From the human T2T-CHM13v2.0 reference genome, Homo sapiens: 64,000 nucleotides of DNA. The stretch is from NCBI RefSeq assembly GCF_009914755.1, contig NC_060925.1; one strand, 5' to 3'. The notes beneath the pieces are model-generated. The model searched no databases. It saw only the letters and a program-made list of their open reading frames with translations, and was not told where the DNA came from. The position numbers were made by a program, and so were the translations under genes. Positions 59,078 through 64,000 of the stretch are shown here, piece after piece; position 1 is the stretch's first letter; each line of letters starts with the position of its first letter.

Positions 59078-59350
59078 TAATTATACATTTGAACTTAAGT
59101 GACATTTTATTGAAAACTAATTGTGGTGACGAGGAATGGTCTAAGCATATGATTAGGATAATTCATATTCATTATGAAAACTTAGGTGAAATACAGACTT
59201 GGCATTTAGCTTGTCAAATGTAAACATGTTTTCTGCTTTCTTTGCTAAAATCATATTTCCAATTTCAAGGGAAAATGTTAAGAACCAAAATCATCTTTTT
59301 CAGCTACCCGCCTGAAAAAATTATTGCTATTTTTCTTTTCTTTTTTTTGA

Positions 59351-59647
<297 letters not shown>

Positions 59648-60862
59648 TGAATTTATTTCTCTGATATTTCCTTTTTCCTTTTTAACTATATGGTGTAGGA
59701 GAAATTCTCCAGGACTATCCCTGAGAGCTGGGGGATCAGTGTCTCAGGAACACCTGTGTTTATTACCTGTGTCCATTCTCTGTGTCTTAAGTGGCCATTT
59801 GAAGCCATCTACGTCCTTTTCAATTGAAAGATTATCAGTAGGCTGGGTGCGGTGGCTCATGCTTGTAATCCCAGCACTTTGGGAGGCTGAGGCAGGCAGA
59901 TCACCTGAGGGCTGGAGTTCAAGACCAACCTGGCCAACATGGTGAAACCCCGTCTTTACTAAAAATACAAAAATTAGCCATGGTGGCATGCACCTGTAAT
60001 CCCAGCTACTTGAGAGGCTGAGGCACGAGAATCGCTTGAACCTGGGATGCAGAGGCTGCAGTGAGCGGGGATGCACCACTGTTCTCCAGCCTGGGTGACA
60101 GCTGAGACTCCGTCTCAAAAAATTAAAAAAAAAAAAGATTATTGCAATTCATTACTCCTTGTGGAAGGAGGAGAGGTGTCTGAGAACAGATCAAATGAGG
60201 AACAGATGATTAAACCAGAGGGAGATGGAGGTGGAATAAAAGAATATTATGTTAATTAGTGTTAAGGGGTATGAGAAAAGAGGATAAATTTAGTAGAAGA
60301 AAGCATAAACAAGATTTCAGCTATGGTTCATTTGCTTTGCTGGAAGACAGTTTAGGAGTATTTGTAATATTTTTAGTTTGTTTTTAATCTATATAAAAGC
60401 AGATGAAGAGGAGTGGGAAGTGAAAGAATAATGTTACTTGAATAACACTTATCTCTGGTTTCAGGGATTTTCATTACAACTTTACTAGTATTTGTTTCAT
60501 TAGCTGAATACTATTGGAGAAGAACTCAGTTTTAGATAAATTCTGAAATGGAATTAATACATTCATATCACTTGCTTGCCTAAAAAACATTTTTATTATA
60601 GGGTTTAAGATTAACAAGATTTTAAAATAAGTGATTAGATTTTAGAATGTGTAAAGTTTGGTTTATAACTTGAAAGGATAGTTCTATGGATATCAGTGTT
60701 TTTTTATTTTGCTATTTTATTCGTGCTGTTTATTTGCTCTGTTCATCATAGGGGCAAAGGAAATGTTAGATCATCCTAATAGTTGATAAGCTAGTAAAGA
60801 TGAGGGTAGGGGATAATTTTAGAGTAAGGCCTGTGTGGCTTAGTGTGTTTCAGAATATCTGA

Positions 60863-61039
<177 letters not shown>

Positions 61040-61297
61040 TTAGCCAGGTGTGGTGGCATGTGCCTGTAATCCCAGCTACTCAGGAGGCTGAGGCAGGAGA
61101 ATCGCTTGAACCCGGGAGGTGGAGGTTTCAGTGAGCCGAGATTGCACCACTGCACTTCAGTCTGAGTAACAAGAGCAAAACTCTGTCTCAGGAAAAAAAA
61201 AAAAAAGAAACCCTTTATTATATCTTCATCCTGGAAATCATAATGTATATAAGTTTATTTTAAAGGGTTAGGGAAGTTAGACGGTCAATCAGTTTAA

Positions 61298-62062
<765 letters not shown>

Positions 62063-62498
62063 TGAATGTAGGTACTTCTACCTCATCAGCTAGAACAAAG
62101 AAAGTCTAAATAATCATAGTTTGTTTTGTAGTTGGCATCTCACCTCATAACTTTTAAAAGAAAGGTTCTCAATTTGTCACGTTTGCTGCCTAGGTAATGT
62201 AGTGACTTATTTTATGCTGCAAATGTCTGCTTGTTTAGGATTTCTGATATAGGCTGGCATGATTTCATTCTTGTAGACTTACGACCAAATTACTCTGTGC
62301 TGATTCTGAAAAGATTTGTCTTTTTGGTGCATGTATAAGAACATAAGTTGCCTGATCTTAAGAGTTTTTTTCTGATTGGGTATGGTGGCTCATGCCTGTA
62401 ATCCCAGCAGTTTGGGAGACCTAGGTGGGAGGATTGCTTGAGGCCAGCAGTTTGAGACGAGCCTGGTAGCCTGGTCAACATAGTGAGACCGTGGCTCT

Positions 62499-62530
<32 letters not shown>

Positions 62531-63502
62531 TTTTTTCCGAACTTATCCATTTGTCTATGGTACAAACCTATCCTCTAATTTTTCAAACCAAAAAACTTCT
62601 TTATAACTTTGTCCTTAAACACTCCACCTCCAACCTGATGACCTATTCTCTATTTCTATGCTACTACCGCAGGGCAGATCCTCCATTTCAATCTTAGATT
62701 ATTACCCTAGTTTCTTAGCTGACTTCCTTGACTATCTGGTTGTCTTTGGCAGCCCACCTTGGAATACAGGCACAATATTGATACTCCTAAAACACTGTTC
62801 ATGGATATGGAAGAAGTGACTGTTCTGCTTAGCTTTTAGAGTCTATATGACTTGGACTCATAGTTTTTTTTTGTTTGTTTCTTTTTTCCACTTTGCATGC
62901 TTGCTTGTGCCTTTTCTCCTGATACTCCTATCTAACTAGAGATTTATTTTCACATTATTTTAGATTACTCTCCCATGTTTACTCTGAAAATCTGTGGCAC
63001 TCATATTTCATAGTGTAAAATTGTAGCAATCTGAGACTACTACAGTTGTTAGCCTCTTCTCCTTATAACCAGTAAAGTATACTAGATGATGTATGATGAA
63101 CTTTCTAGCATAGAATTTGGTACAGAGTAGGCATTTAGTAAATTATTGAAATGTGTTAAAGGCCTTTGAAGGCAAGATTTCTGTTACCCAGTGTAATGCT
63201 GTAGTAGGCATTTAGATATCTTACTTAGATAACTTTTGTAATAAGTTAATAGGATTTCGTTCTTCCAAGAACCTACTCTATTTTAACAGATGTTTTAGGT
63301 CCTAACTTGTGTCCTAATTAGATAGAGAGGGTCTGTTAGGTTCTTGGGATCTTGTTCTTCAACTGCACACATACCAGCACAACTACTGTTAAATTTCTTT
63401 TGCGCTTTTTTCCCCTTTAGGACAAAAAAAGGATTTAACAGTTATGTGCTTTTAATAACATTGTATTACTTTGTTGGTAACCTTCACAACTTTTTTTTTT
63501 GA

Positions 63503-63661
<159 letters not shown>

Positions 63662-64000
63662 TAGTAGAGATGGGGTTTTGCCATGTTGACCAGGCTGGTC
63701 TGGAACTCCTGACCTCTTATGATCTTCCTGCCTTGGCCTCCCAAAGTGCTGGGATTACAGGCGTGAGCCACTGCGCCAGGCCTTCACAGTCATCTTTAGT
63801 ATGTATAACATTTCATCCTGTGGTGTATTATTACTTGTTTTTTTTTCGTTACATTAACTGTTTTGATGATACAGCATCTCATTGTTTCTTGATAAAGTAT
63901 TTCCTTCTTTTTGGATAAATTACCTGAAGTGGAAATATATGTGTAGGGCATTAAAAAAACAAAAAAACAAAAAACCTTGTGTTTTCCTAATATTTTGAGG

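Overview
Human (primate) genomic DNA, very Alu-rich, recognisable as chr1p36.12. On the + strand it holds: (i) the complete 8-exon pancreatic chymotrypsin-like elastase gene CELA3A (ATG 1492 to TAG 12291, 270 aa assembled by hand, Gly241 allele) with an acinar-type promoter and tandem poly(A) signals; (ii) a 7SL and a U6 retropseudogene stacked in CELA3A intron 7; (iii) the CpG-island lncRNA locus LINC00339/HSPC157 (~25.0-31.0 kb); (iv) the CpG-island promoter, non-coding exon 1 and start of intron 1 of CDC42 (52.3 kb to the end). The most notable observation, absent from the ORF track, is a decayed but unmistakable SCAN-domain reading frame in the last exon of LINC00339 (two apparent +1 frameshifts, a TAG, a TGG duplication). 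This suggests the lncRNA is the transcribed relic of a SCAN-only protein gene. The rest is Alu, MIR, L1/L2, MaLR/ERV LTR and MER DNA-transposon remnants. Almost all listed ORFs are Alu or GC-rich artefacts. No CRISPR or other prokaryotic features. Gene and repeat names come from sequence recognition, not database searches.
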